Positions 48,251 through 55,719 of a stretch of 64,000 nt of DNA are shown here, one piece after another; the first letter of the stretch is position 1; every line of letters begins with the position of its first letter. The position numbers and the translations under genes are program-made. The DNA comes from a virus (Duplodnaviria > Caudoviricetes): positions 9,039-73,038 of IMG/VR virus record IMGVR_UViG_3300032030_000062; one strand, given 5' to 3'. The notes under the pieces were generated by a model. The model saw only the letters and a program-made list of their open reading frames with translations. It was not told the origin of the DNA and did no database searches.

Positions 48251-48616
48251 ATGACAGGTAGTGAATATCAAAAGGCAGCTATGAGAACATGTGATGTACC
48301 AAATATAAATGTTAGACAGGTACTTGGTCTTTCAGAGAATGATTATTGTAAATTTAAGCATGGTATGTATGGACTTGTATCAGAAATTGGTGAAGCATCT
48401 GGTATTCTTCAGAAAATTTCACAGGGACATGACTGGGATGAAAATCATTTTCTGAAAGAACTTGGCGATTGCTTATGGTTTATAGCAGAATTATGTGATG
48501 CATTCGGAGTAACAATGGATATGATTATGCAGATGAATATTGATAAATTAAAAGCACGTTATCCTGACGGATTTGATTCAGAACATAGTTTGCACAGGGA
48601 AGAAGGAGATATTTAA
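48251..48616 (+). CDS. MazG-like NTP pyrophosphohydrolase
   Basis: GLVSEIGE, KELGDCLWFIA, NIDKLKARYP. Confidence 0.85.
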   Translation: MTGSEYQKAAMRTCDVPNINVRQVLGLSENDYCKFKHGMYGLVSEIGEASGILQKISQGHDWDENHFLKELGDCLWFIAELCDAFGVTMDMIMQMNIDKLKARYPDGFDSEHSLHREEGDI

Positions 48617-48990
48617 TGTCATATTTAGATCAGGCAATATCACAGGCAGCATCACAATTAGAATCTAAATTGAAAAATAATATTATTGAAAAATTAGAAG
48701 ATAATGTTAATCATCCAAAACACTATGAAGGATCGTGTTCCATGGAATGCATTGATATTATGCAGATGATATTTGGTCCAGAAATTGTATGCTGGTATTG
48801 CTTAGTTAATGCGTTTAAATATATGTGGCGATGGAGAAATAAAAATGGCATAGAAGATTTAGATAAAGCTGATTGGTATTTAAACAAATATAGATCAATC
48901 GAATTTACTCCATTATCACGTATGTCAGTTATATATAAGGATTTAAGTAAGATGATGCAAAGATTTAGGGAGGAAATAAAAGATGATTAA
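48616..48990 (+). CDS. DUF3310-like protein
   Basis: DNVNHPKHY, ECID, NAFKYMWR..KNG.EDL.KA.WYL. Confidence 0.85.
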   Translation: MSYLDQAISQAASQLESKLKNNIIEKLEDNVNHPKHYEGSCSMECIDIMQMIFGPEIVCWYCLVNAFKYMWRWRNKNGIEDLDKADWYLNKYRSIEFTPLSRMSVIYKDLSKMMQRFREEIKDD

Positions 48991-49669
48991 AGTAGAAAAA
49001 ATTGATGCGTGGGGATTTGAACATGCTATTAGAGGTATGAGAAATCCTATGAATAGTTGGGATAAGAGTGATAGTTTGCTTTGTGGAGATATTGCACATC
49101 CTGATTTAATTGTAGGACAAAATGATTTAAACCTTATGAGAAGATTATATAAAGCAGGTACAGAGCATAGAAAGTATCTTAGGCAGATTTTTGTATCTAT
49201 GGATATAACAGCACCATTATATTGGTGGAAAGAATTTAGCACATATAAATTCGTTGATCCTGATTTACCACATATAGATACAAATTCCTGTTCTACTATG
49301 CATAAGATTACTGCCAAAGAATTTGAATTGGATGATTTTAGCCATGAACATCTATTTCATGACGGTAAACTGTCGTTAATAGATACTATAAATGTTTTAA
49401 ATCGTTGGAGAAGAATTTATTTAAATGGTGACGTTTTTGCCCCACACAATTCTAATGTAGTTGAAAAAGTTGAGCCGAAAGATAAGAGAGTTTGGTGGCA
49501 GTTAATACAGTTACTTCCATCTTCTTATAATCAGAAAAGAACTGTAACATTTTCTTACGAAACCGCAATATCTATGATTAAACAACGAACGGGACATAAA
49601 TTAGATGAGTGGAGAAATTTTGTTGAAATACTGAATAAATTACCATACGTGAAAGAAATTATGGAGTAA
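48983..49669 (+). CDS. Divergent ThyX-like protein
   Basis: AIRGMRNPMNSW, DITAPLYWWKE, NSCSTMH, LLPSSYNQKRT; canonical RHR motif absent. Confidence 0.6.
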   Translation: MIKVEKIDAWGFEHAIRGMRNPMNSWDKSDSLLCGDIAHPDLIVGQNDLNLMRRLYKAGTEHRKYLRQIFVSMDITAPLYWWKEFSTYKFVDPDLPHIDTNSCSTMHKITAKEFELDDFSHEHLFHDGKLSLIDTINVLNRWRRIYLNGDVFAPHNSNVVEKVEPKDKRVWWQLIQLLPSSYNQKRTVTFSYETAISMIKQRTGHKLDEWRNFVEILNKLPYVKEIME

Positions 49670-49672
49670 ACT

Positions 49673-49921
49673 ATGAAAAAGCCTATTGATTTTACAACCT
49701 TTAAAAAAATTAAAAGCATGTCCTTGAATGATTTTAATAGATGGCTATCAGATTTATGCAGTACCGTATACGATGACGGTTTTAATTATGCCATGAAAGA
49801 TGTAAGTACAGAAATAACTGATGATAGACTATTGGAGATTTTATTATCTGTAAAGGGAATAGGTAAGAATAGAGCTAAAGAGGTAGTAAGTAAAATTTTA
49901 GAAGAAGGAACATTTATGTGA
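49673..49921 (+). CDS. Helix-hairpin-helix protein
   Basis: LLSVKGIGKNRAKEV. Confidence 0.65.
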   Translation: MKKPIDFTTFKKIKSMSLNDFNRWLSDLCSTVYDDGFNYAMKDVSTEITDDRLLEILLSVKGIGKNRAKEVVSKILEEGTFM

Positions 49922-49922
49922 A

Positions 49923-50129
49923 ATGTTTATATGTACAAAGTGTGGTTCCAAACAATCCAAAATTATTGAAACCAGATTATGCGGTGAGAATGTTATTAGG
50001 TTAAGAATTTGTAAAGCCTGTAATAACAGAATGTATACTGAGGAAAGTAAAATAGATTATTTTGACGGTTGGGATAAATTATCTAAATTTTACCGAAAAC
50101 AAAGGAGCAATCATGGGATCAAAACTTGA
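49923..50129 (+). CDS. NrdR-like Zn-ribbon protein
   Basis: CTKCG..IIETR..RLRICKAC..YTEE. Confidence 0.65.
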   Translation: MFICTKCGSKQSKIIETRLCGENVIRLRICKACNNRMYTEESKIDYFDGWDKLSKFYRKQRSNHGIKT

Positions 50130-51138
50130 CGAAATTTTAAAAAATACCAACAAGAAATTTAAAGAGGAAATTCTTACTCAAGGTTTAAACGAGTTTTCTT
50201 ACAAACGTATTCCATTTACATCGCCCAGAATGAATTATTGTACATTCGGTGGTATCCCAATCGGAAAGATTACAGAATTTTATGGAGAAGAGCATGGCGG
50301 TAAAACAACGACCGCTTTGGATATTGTAGCTAATTATCAGAAATCAGATGATACAAGAGATGTATTATACATAGATGCAGAAAATACACTTGACGTAGAG
50401 TGGGCGAAGAAAATAGGTGTAGATGTAGCAAAATTATATATATTACAACCTAAGTCTCAGTCGGCAGAAGAGATATTTCAAATTATTTGTGATAGTGTAG
50501 ATACAGGCGAAGTTGGATTATGGGTTCTTGATAGTATAGGTGCTTTAATGTCAGCACAGGAACTTGAAAAGACTATGGAAGATAAAACGTATGGTGGTAT
50601 TTCAATGCCTTTAACAAAATTTGGTAAAAGAATTGAAATGCTTATGCAGAGACATAAATGCACCGGTATAGGAATAAATCAGATCAGAGAAGATTTAAAC
50701 AGCACATGGGGAGGTATTTCTACTCCCGGTGGAAAAGCATGGAAACATTTTTGTGCTGTAAGAATGCAATTTAGTAGAGGTAAGTTTATAGACGAAAAAG
50801 GAAATGAACTTACAAGATCAGCAGAGAGTCCTGTTGGTAATATTGTAATGATGAGTATGACAAAGAATAAAACATGCCCGCCGACAAGAAGAACAGGATT
50901 TTATACAATCAATTATGAAAAGGGAATTGATTATTTACGTGACTTAATAGAGGTTGCTATCAGATATGATATTGTGAGAAAATCTGGCGCATGGTTTGAT
51001 ATAGTAGATATAGAAACAGGCGAGATCATAGAAGGAAAAATTCACGGTCAAGCGGCAGTGAATGAATTGTTAGCAAATCATCCTGGTTATCTTCAAAGAG
51101 TAGAAGAATTGGTAGATCAAGTCATGCAAAAAAATTAA
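50113..51138 (+). CDS. recA: RecA/UvsX-like recombinase
   Basis: GIPIGKITEFYGEEHGGKTT, IDAE, VLDSIGAL, INQIR, TPGGKA. Confidence 0.95.
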   Translation: MGSKLDEILKNTNKKFKEEILTQGLNEFSYKRIPFTSPRMNYCTFGGIPIGKITEFYGEEHGGKTTTALDIVANYQKSDDTRDVLYIDAENTLDVEWAKKIGVDVAKLYILQPKSQSAEEIFQIICDSVDTGEVGLWVLDSIGALMSAQELEKTMEDKTYGGISMPLTKFGKRIEMLMQRHKCTGIGINQIREDLNSTWGGISTPGGKAWKHFCAVRMQFSRGKFIDEKGNELTRSAESPVGNIVMMSMTKNKTCPPTRRTGFYTINYEKGIDYLRDLIEVAIRYDIVRKSGAWFDIVDIETGEIIEGKIHGQAAVNELLANHPGYLQRVEELVDQVMQKN

Positions 51139-51147
51139 AATTTGTTG

Positions 51148-51176
51148 TTGACTTCTATCTGATTATGTAGTATAAT
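51148..51176 (+). promoter_or_regulatory. Sigma-A promoter
   Basis: TTGACT-17-TATAAT. Confidence 0.8.
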
Positions 51177-51181
51177 AATCT

Positions 51182-51310
51182 TGTTGCAAGAGATAGCATA
51201 AAGCGTGAGCGATATAGCGATTCTCAAAAGAGTGGATTGCTTAAAGCGTTTTTGCCCCACTGCTCCTACGGGATGAAAAAACGTTACGGATGAGATATTC
51301 TCTTGCAACA
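51182..51310 (+). ncRNA. Candidate ~130-nt structured RNA
   Basis: 12-bp closing stem TGTTGCAAGAGA/TCTCTTGCAACA starting at the predicted TSS; internal hairpins. Confidence 0.6.
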
Positions 51311-51339
51311 CCTATAAAAACTATAGAAAGGATGAAATC

Positions 51340-51570
51340 ATGAAATCTTATTGGCCTATGGCAATAGCAATGGATAAAGAGAAGCCGTTTATGTTATTTA
51401 CTTATGATAGTTGCCAGTCGATTGAGGATGCCAAGAAAGTTATGAAGTGTTGGCAAAATGATTATAAGTATGTCCTGTTATCTACTTGGATTCATACAGA
51501 TGATTCAAGTGAGGTTATAGAACATAGATGTCATATTGATTCACTCGGAAATGTGAGGAAGATAATATGA
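51340..51570 (+). CDS. Hypothetical protein
   Basis: GAAAGGA RBS. Confidence 0.6.
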   Translation: MKSYWPMAIAMDKEKPFMLFTYDSCQSIEDAKKVMKCWQNDYKYVLLSTWIHTDDSSEVIEHRCHIDSLGNVRKII

Positions 51571-52124
51571 TAGCAGATATATTAAAAGACTGGACCGGAG
51601 AAATAGAAATAGCTGATAAACGCTATACAAGCGTAGGCGCATGTAGAAGCGTTTTAAACAGCGTTTCTGATGATACGCATATAATTCTTCATTCGATCAA
51701 TAAAACAGTGAATACAAGCGTTTTAAACATTTCAGAAAGCGATGTAAAAGAGTATCGTGTAACTGTTAAGAAGTATATGACAGAACATGCAAGCCCGAGT
51801 TTCGATTTTATGTCAAAGTTCAATAACGATAATCCAATGCCGTTGAGAACAATGATCGGCACGATTGAAAAAGAAACTAAGGGCATGATATATATGAAGC
51901 TACACGGACATGCAGAACCTGTTGTAAAGTGCATACGATGTGGACGTACTCTTACAAATCCAATATCAATGAAATACGGTATTGGTCCTGAGTGCATTAC
52001 TAAGATTCCATTTTTAGCATCATTGGATATAAATGATGTAGAAGGAATAAAAAAGAAACTCGTTGATGTAATTTGGGAAGGGTGGATAATAAAATCTGCA
52101 ATCACAGAAAAGGAGGAACTATGA
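51567..52124 (+). CDS. DUF6011-like Zn-finger protein
   Basis: CIRCGRTLTNPIS..GIGPEC. Confidence 0.7.
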   Translation: MIADILKDWTGEIEIADKRYTSVGACRSVLNSVSDDTHIILHSINKTVNTSVLNISESDVKEYRVTVKKYMTEHASPSFDFMSKFNNDNPMPLRTMIGTIEKETKGMIYMKLHGHAEPVVKCIRCGRTLTNPISMKYGIGPECITKIPFLASLDINDVEGIKKKLVDVIWEGWIIKSAITEKEEL

Positions 52125-52303
52125 AAACACAAAACGAAATCTGGATTTATCTTGAAGAGCTTAGACGAAGTGGAGTTACAAATATGTACGGTGCCGCTCC
52201 GTATCTCATGAATGAATTCGGATTGAGCAAAGTAGAAGCACGAAAAGAACTCGCAAACTGGATGAAAAATTACGACAGCGATGATTATGAGGAGGAAATG
52301 TGA
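52121..52303 (+). CDS. Conserved small phage protein
   Basis: YLEELRRSGVTNMYGAAPYL; AAGGAGG RBS. Confidence 0.7.
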   Translation: MKTQNEIWIYLEELRRSGVTNMYGAAPYLMNEFGLSKVEARKELANWMKNYDSDDYEEEM

Positions 52304-52554
52304 TGATTAAATGTGATCTTGGTGTTGTAGCTGTCAAGGGTCCTAAAGCTGTGATTGTAGTAGAACTTACGACTTTATTACATACCTTGTACGAAAAGAA
52401 TCTGTTGACCAAAGAAGATATTAAGTGGAGTTTTGATACGTCCATGAGAGATACTAAAGAAGTTGAGGAAGAAGTTAAACAGGATATTGATGAGCATAAG
52501 AAAAAGTCGGATGATGATCTTACTATGGATCTGTTGCGTATTCTTTTGAGTTAA
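52300..52554 (+). CDS. Hypothetical protein
   Basis: GAGGAGG RBS. Confidence 0.65.
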   Translation: MMIKCDLGVVAVKGPKAVIVVELTTLLHTLYEKNLLTKEDIKWSFDTSMRDTKEVEEEVKQDIDEHKKKSDDDLTMDLLRILLS

Positions 52555-52561
52555 TTGTATA

Positions 52562-52595
52562 GTGCGGCAAAGTAAAAAAATGTACTTTGCCGCAC
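52562..52595. other. 13-bp hairpin before tRNA island
   Basis: GTGCGGCAAAGTA/TACTTTGCCGCAC; no U tract on + strand. Confidence 0.55.
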
Positions 52596-52602
52596 AGATT
52601 GA

Positions 52603-52690
52603 GCGGGTATGACGGAATGGGCAGACGTAGCGGACTTAAAATCCGTTGAGAATTAGCTAACTCGTGTGGGTTCAAGTCCCACTACCCGTA
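52603..52690 (+). tRNA. tRNA-Leu (anticodon TAA)
   Basis: GCGGGTA/TACCCGT acceptor, GCGGA-CTTAAAA-TCCGT, long variable arm, GTGGG-TTCAAGT-CCCAC; no encoded CCA. Confidence 0.9.
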
Positions 52691-52757
52691 CTTGCGTTTT
52701 GTTGCGGTAGCAACGCACAATTTCCACATGTCCTTGGATGGAAAAATGAATCGCAAC

Positions 52758-52826
52758 AGTGAGGAATTAAACAGCATAAAAACTCTGATTGCTTCGGTTA
52801 TGCTGTTTTATCCACAATTCCTCACT
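52758..52826 (+). ncRNA. Long hairpin ending 2 nt before tRNA-Ile
   Basis: AGTGAGGAATT/AATTCCTCACT and AAACAGCATAA/TTATGCTGTTT. Confidence 0.45.
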
Positions 52827-52828
52827 CA

Positions 52829-52902
52829 CGGGAATTAGCTCAGTAGGTTAGAGCGGTGGCCTTATAAGCCATGTGTCCCGGGTTCGAGTCCTGGATTCCC
52901 GA
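52829..52902 (+). tRNA. tRNA-Ile (anticodon TAT)
   Basis: CGGGAAT/ATTCCCG, GTGGC-CTTATAA-GCCAT, CCGGG-TTCGAGT-CCTGG. Confidence 0.9.
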
Positions 52903-52951
52903 TTCTACGGTAGTTGCAAATACCGTAGACGTACTTTCAAAATCCATTTAT

Positions 52952-53036
52952 GTTTGCGTGTCCGAGTGGTTTATGGTGCTTCCCTGCTAAGGAAGTGTAC
53001 GGAAACGTACCGGAGGTTCGAATCCTCCCGCAAACG
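52952..53036 (+). tRNA. tRNA-Ser (anticodon GCT)
   Basis: GTTTGCG/CGCAAAC, CTTCC-CTGCTAA-GGAAG, variable arm GTACG-GAAA-CGTAC, GGAGG-TTCGAAT-CCTCC. Confidence 0.92.
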
Positions 53037-53046
53037 TTTTTTATGT

Positions 53047-53228
53047 TATGTGGTGGCGGAATAGGTAGACGTTTATAGGGAATTGATGAGTGGTTCAAGT
53101 CCACGCAAACGGGGACAATAAAAACGGTGAAAAGCAACGGTAGTTTCATCGTAACCCGTCGTGCAATCGGAGCGCACAATTTGGAGATCGTGACTCACCA
53201 TGTAAGGTGCAAATCCTTACCCACATAA
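53047..53228 (+). ncRNA. Oversized tRNA-like RNA A (182 nt)
   Basis: TATGTGG/CCACATA acceptor, TG-GCG-GAATAGGTAGA-CGT D arm, GTAAGG-TGCAAAT-CCTTAC T arm; ~130-nt insert replaces the anticodon arm. Confidence 0.65.
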
Positions 53229-53229
53229 T

Positions 53230-53438
53230 TGCAAGTGAAATAGTGCGCTATGTGTGAGTACGTATAAACCACATGAATTAAAGTGGGAACAATAAGCGCC
53301 TCCCCGGTAACTTGCATTTTTTGCACAAGTACGAAACTTTCGGATCGGTAATCAGGAGTAATTAACCTGTCTTGTGCAAATCGACTGGTTTGTTAATGAG
53401 CATTAAAGTGCGGTCGAAGGCCAAGACTGCCGCCAGTT
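53230..53438 (+). ncRNA. Three adjacent closed RNA domains
   Basis: TGCAAGT/ACTTGCA (53230-316), TTTGCACAAG/CTTGTGCAAA (53320-380), GACTGG/CCAGTT (53383-438). Confidence 0.5.
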
Positions 53439-53442
53439 AAGC

Positions 53443-53567
53443 GAAAGCATGATGGAAATTGGTAGACATGGACGAGGATGTAATTAGTTAATCACTATTC
53501 CTGGGAGAGGTTTGAGACGGCTTACAAGTTGATAACTTGATTGAAGGTTCGAGTCCTTCTGCTTTCG
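53443..53567 (+). ncRNA. Oversized tRNA-like RNA B (125 nt)
   Basis: GAAAGCA/TGCTTTC acceptor, TG-ATG-GAAATTGGTAGA-CAT D arm, GAAGG-TTCGAGT-CCTTC T arm; ~70-nt centre with no canonical anticodon arm. Confidence 0.7.
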
Positions 53568-53571
53568 TTAT

Positions 53572-53644
53572 TGCCCTATCGCCAAATGGTTAAGGCACTG
53601 GTCTTTGACGCCAGTATTTGATGGTTCGAGTCCATCTGGGGCAG
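53572..53644 (+). tRNA. tRNA-Gln (anticodon TTG)
   Basis: TGCCCTA/TGGGGCA, CTGGT-CTTTGAC-GCCAG, GATGG-TTCGAGT-CCATC. Confidence 0.9.
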
Positions 53645-53683
53645 TTTGTTGCAATAAACAAGCTAAAGAAAAGGAGAAAAACT

Positions 53684-53824
53684 ATGAAAAACTATAACAT
53701 CATCGTATCTAAGAAGGCTCAGGAAAGAATCAGAAGAAATAGAAAGAGAACATTTAATACTTGGAAGAATGTAAATTTTGCAAAATTCTATATTGAAGAT
53801 CATGAGAGAGTACAGGATAAATAA
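53684..53824 (+). CDS. Small basic protein
   Basis: AAGGAG RBS, ATG 53684. Confidence 0.5.
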   Translation: MKNYNIIVSKKAQERIRRNRKRTFNTWKNVNFAKFYIEDHERVQDK

Positions 53825-54188
53825 TTATGAAATATTTACAGGAGAGGATTTAATAATTGCTGATTTAATTCAGAGAAGAAGATACCAATTATTAGTCCAC
53901 TCCTGTATTTATTATAATAGGCATACAAGTATTGTTGCAGATCAAATTTGGGATAGTTGGGCAAAGGAATTAGTTGAATTACAAAGAACTTATCCAGATA
54001 TTTCAAGACAAGTTATATTATATGAATATTTTGAAGATTTTGATGGGTCAACAGGATTTGATTTACCTATTGAAGAAGATTGGGTAAATGAAATAGCTGA
54101 TAGATTATTAGGAAAAACTAATACTATCATAGTATCTGCACCTGTTAAAAAAGAAAAACCTAAGAATAAGAAAAGGAGATTATTTTAA
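53802..54188 (+). CDS. Stand-alone NAD-dependent ligase N-terminal (domain Ia-like) protein
   Basis: LLVHSCIYY..IVAD..WD....ELVELQRTYP resembles LigA H...YY....ISD.EYD.L..EL..LE..YP; start uncertain. Confidence 0.6.
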   Translation: MREYRINNYEIFTGEDLIIADLIQRRRYQLLVHSCIYYNRHTSIVADQIWDSWAKELVELQRTYPDISRQVILYEYFEDFDGSTGFDLPIEEDWVNEIADRLLGKTNTIIVSAPVKKEKPKNKKRRLF

Positions 54189-54351
54189 TGAAAACAGTGC
54201 CTTGTAAAGATTGCAAGGATAGGCATGTTAGTTGCCATTCAAGTTGTGTAAAATATATTGAATGGAAACAGATGCTTAATGAGCTGAAAACAGAACTTGC
54301 CAAACAGCGTATGTATACCGGAATTTCAAATAGAGGTAAATGTATTAGTCG

Positions 54352-54380
54352 TTGACTTTTATTATAACATGTAGTATAAT
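54352..54380 (+). promoter_or_regulatory. Sigma-A promoter
   Basis: TTGACT-17-TATAAT. Confidence 0.8.
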
Positions 54381-54416
54381 AATATTGTAACAATAGAAAG
54401 CATAAAGGAGCGTAAA

Positions 54417-54755
54417 ATGTTACCTACAAGATACTATTCAAAGCAACAGGAGAAAAAAGTTGCAAAAGCGGTAAAAGGTAATAGAACTGCTAATAGCGGA
54501 GCAACAGCTTTTCAGAAAGGAGATGTTGTTACACAAGATTGGCTCATTGAGTGCAAGACAAAAACAAAGGATTGCAATTCTTTTACAATCAAAGAAGATT
54601 GGTTGTTAAAGAATGAAGAAGAAGCGTTTGCAATGGGAAAGAATAATTCAGCATTGTGTTTTGATTTTGGACCCAGTGCAAATAAAAGATACTATGTAAT
54701 CTCAGAAAGACTATTCAACCTATTAAAAGATTATATGCAGGAGGAAGATTCATGA
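54417..54755 (+). CDS. PD-(D/E)XK nuclease / Holliday-junction-resolvase-like
   Basis: QEKKVAK, SGA..KGDV, WLIECKT. Confidence 0.75.
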   Translation: MLPTRYYSKQQEKKVAKAVKGNRTANSGATAFQKGDVVTQDWLIECKTKTKDCNSFTIKEDWLLKNEEEAFAMGKNNSALCFDFGPSANKRYYVISERLFNLLKDYMQEEDS

Positions 54756-55054
54756 AATCAACACCGACACTTGTAGGAGATCAGATTAAGATTGATGCTT
54801 ATAAGTTTTTGAATTGCCAGGTTAAAGCCCAGAAACTTATGAGAAAACATTTCAATTCTTTACCTGTTAGATCAGCGGCAGAAATGGATAAAAATCCAAC
54901 ACAGTTGTTTGGTCTGAAGGAAATGTGTGATTTAATTGAATTACCGTACAAACGAGAAGATTGGCAAGGTAACGCTCATACTAATGTTAATTGGGATATT
55001 GTTTACATTGATTATAAAGGATATAGATTTTTTGAATTGGTGGATAAAGAATGA
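54752..55054 (+). CDS. Hypothetical protein
   Basis: GAGG RBS, ATGA overlap. Confidence 0.6.
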   Translation: MKSTPTLVGDQIKIDAYKFLNCQVKAQKLMRKHFNSLPVRSAAEMDKNPTQLFGLKEMCDLIELPYKREDWQGNAHTNVNWDIVYIDYKGYRFFELVDKE

Positions 55055-55719
55055 ATATTTACGGATTGCAGAAATTGACATTACTTGATTATCCAGAGCA
55101 TACAGCTTGTACTGTTTTTCTTTCTGGATGTAACTTTGATTGTCCGTATTGCTATAATAAAGAACTTGCACACAAAGAAGTAAAACCACTCATGTCATCT
55201 ATTCGCTTCCTCTCATGGCTTGATACTATGAGAGGAAAGCTTGACGGAGTATGTATTTCTGGTGGAGAACCTACTCTGTGCGGATTGCTTGGTAATTTCA
55301 TATCAGCGATTAAGAATATGAATTTTCTTGTTAAGCTTGATACAAATGGATACAGGACGTCCGTTTTGCTTAGTACCATCTATGAGCATAACATTGATTA
55401 CATTGCGATGGACATAAAGAACAGTCCAAAAAAATATGCTATAACAGCTGGTTTTGAAGGAGCATTTAACTTTGATATAATCGAAACTTCTGTGGATGTA
55501 ATTATGACCTGTAAACATCTGTCAGAATATGAATTTCGTACCACAGTAACAAAGTCAATGCACGATGATTCAGATTTTGAAGAAATTGGAAGACTGATAA
55601 GAGGAGCAAAAAGATACTTCCTTCAGAAGTGTACAACAGATACGCCATCAGATGAAGATATGCAAAGATATAAATCAATTATGGAAAAGTATGTTGATTA
55701 TGTTGGTATAAGAGGATGA
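55051..55719 (+). CDS. nrdG: Anaerobic RNR-activating radical SAM protein (NrdG-like)
   Basis: GLQKLTLLDYP, CNFDCPYC, ISGGEPTL, KLDTNG, YEFRTT. Confidence 0.85.
   Translation: MNIYGLQKLTLLDYPEHTACTVFLSGCNFDCPYCYNKELAHKEVKPLMSSIRFLSWLDTMRGKLDGVCISGGEPTLCGLLGNFISAIKNMNFLVKLDTNGYRTSVLLSTIYEHNIDYIAMDIKNSPKKYAITAGFEGAFNFDIIETSVDVIMTCKHLSEYEFRTTVTKSMHDDSDFEEIGRLIRGAKRYFLQKCTTDTPSDEDMQRYKSIMEKYVDYVGIRG

Noticed and set aside
51252-51275. Cobalamin riboswitch (GCCCCACTG)
   Set aside because: Only a short partial motif; the rest of the B12-box architecture is missing.
53084-53165. Hammerhead-like core inside tRNA-mimic A (TTGATGA-stem-GCAAAC..GTC)
   Set aside because: C3 is replaced by U, GAAA has an extra C, and stem I cannot form.
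52873-53179. ORF-track proteins overlapping the tRNA island (52873-53064 and 52937-53179)
   Set aside because: They overlap well-formed tRNA genes and lack RBSs; spurious.
53047-53228. tmRNA
   Set aside because: GCA AAC.. reads ANGDNKNGEKQR*, but there is no hydrophobic ..LAA tag end, no G3:U70 alanine identity, and a paired D stem is present.
52690-53660. Theta/HDV-like ribozymes after tRNAs, or group I introns in tRNAs
   Set aside because: Trailers are simple hairpins without the nested double-pseudoknot pattern; inserts are too short and lack P7-type cores.
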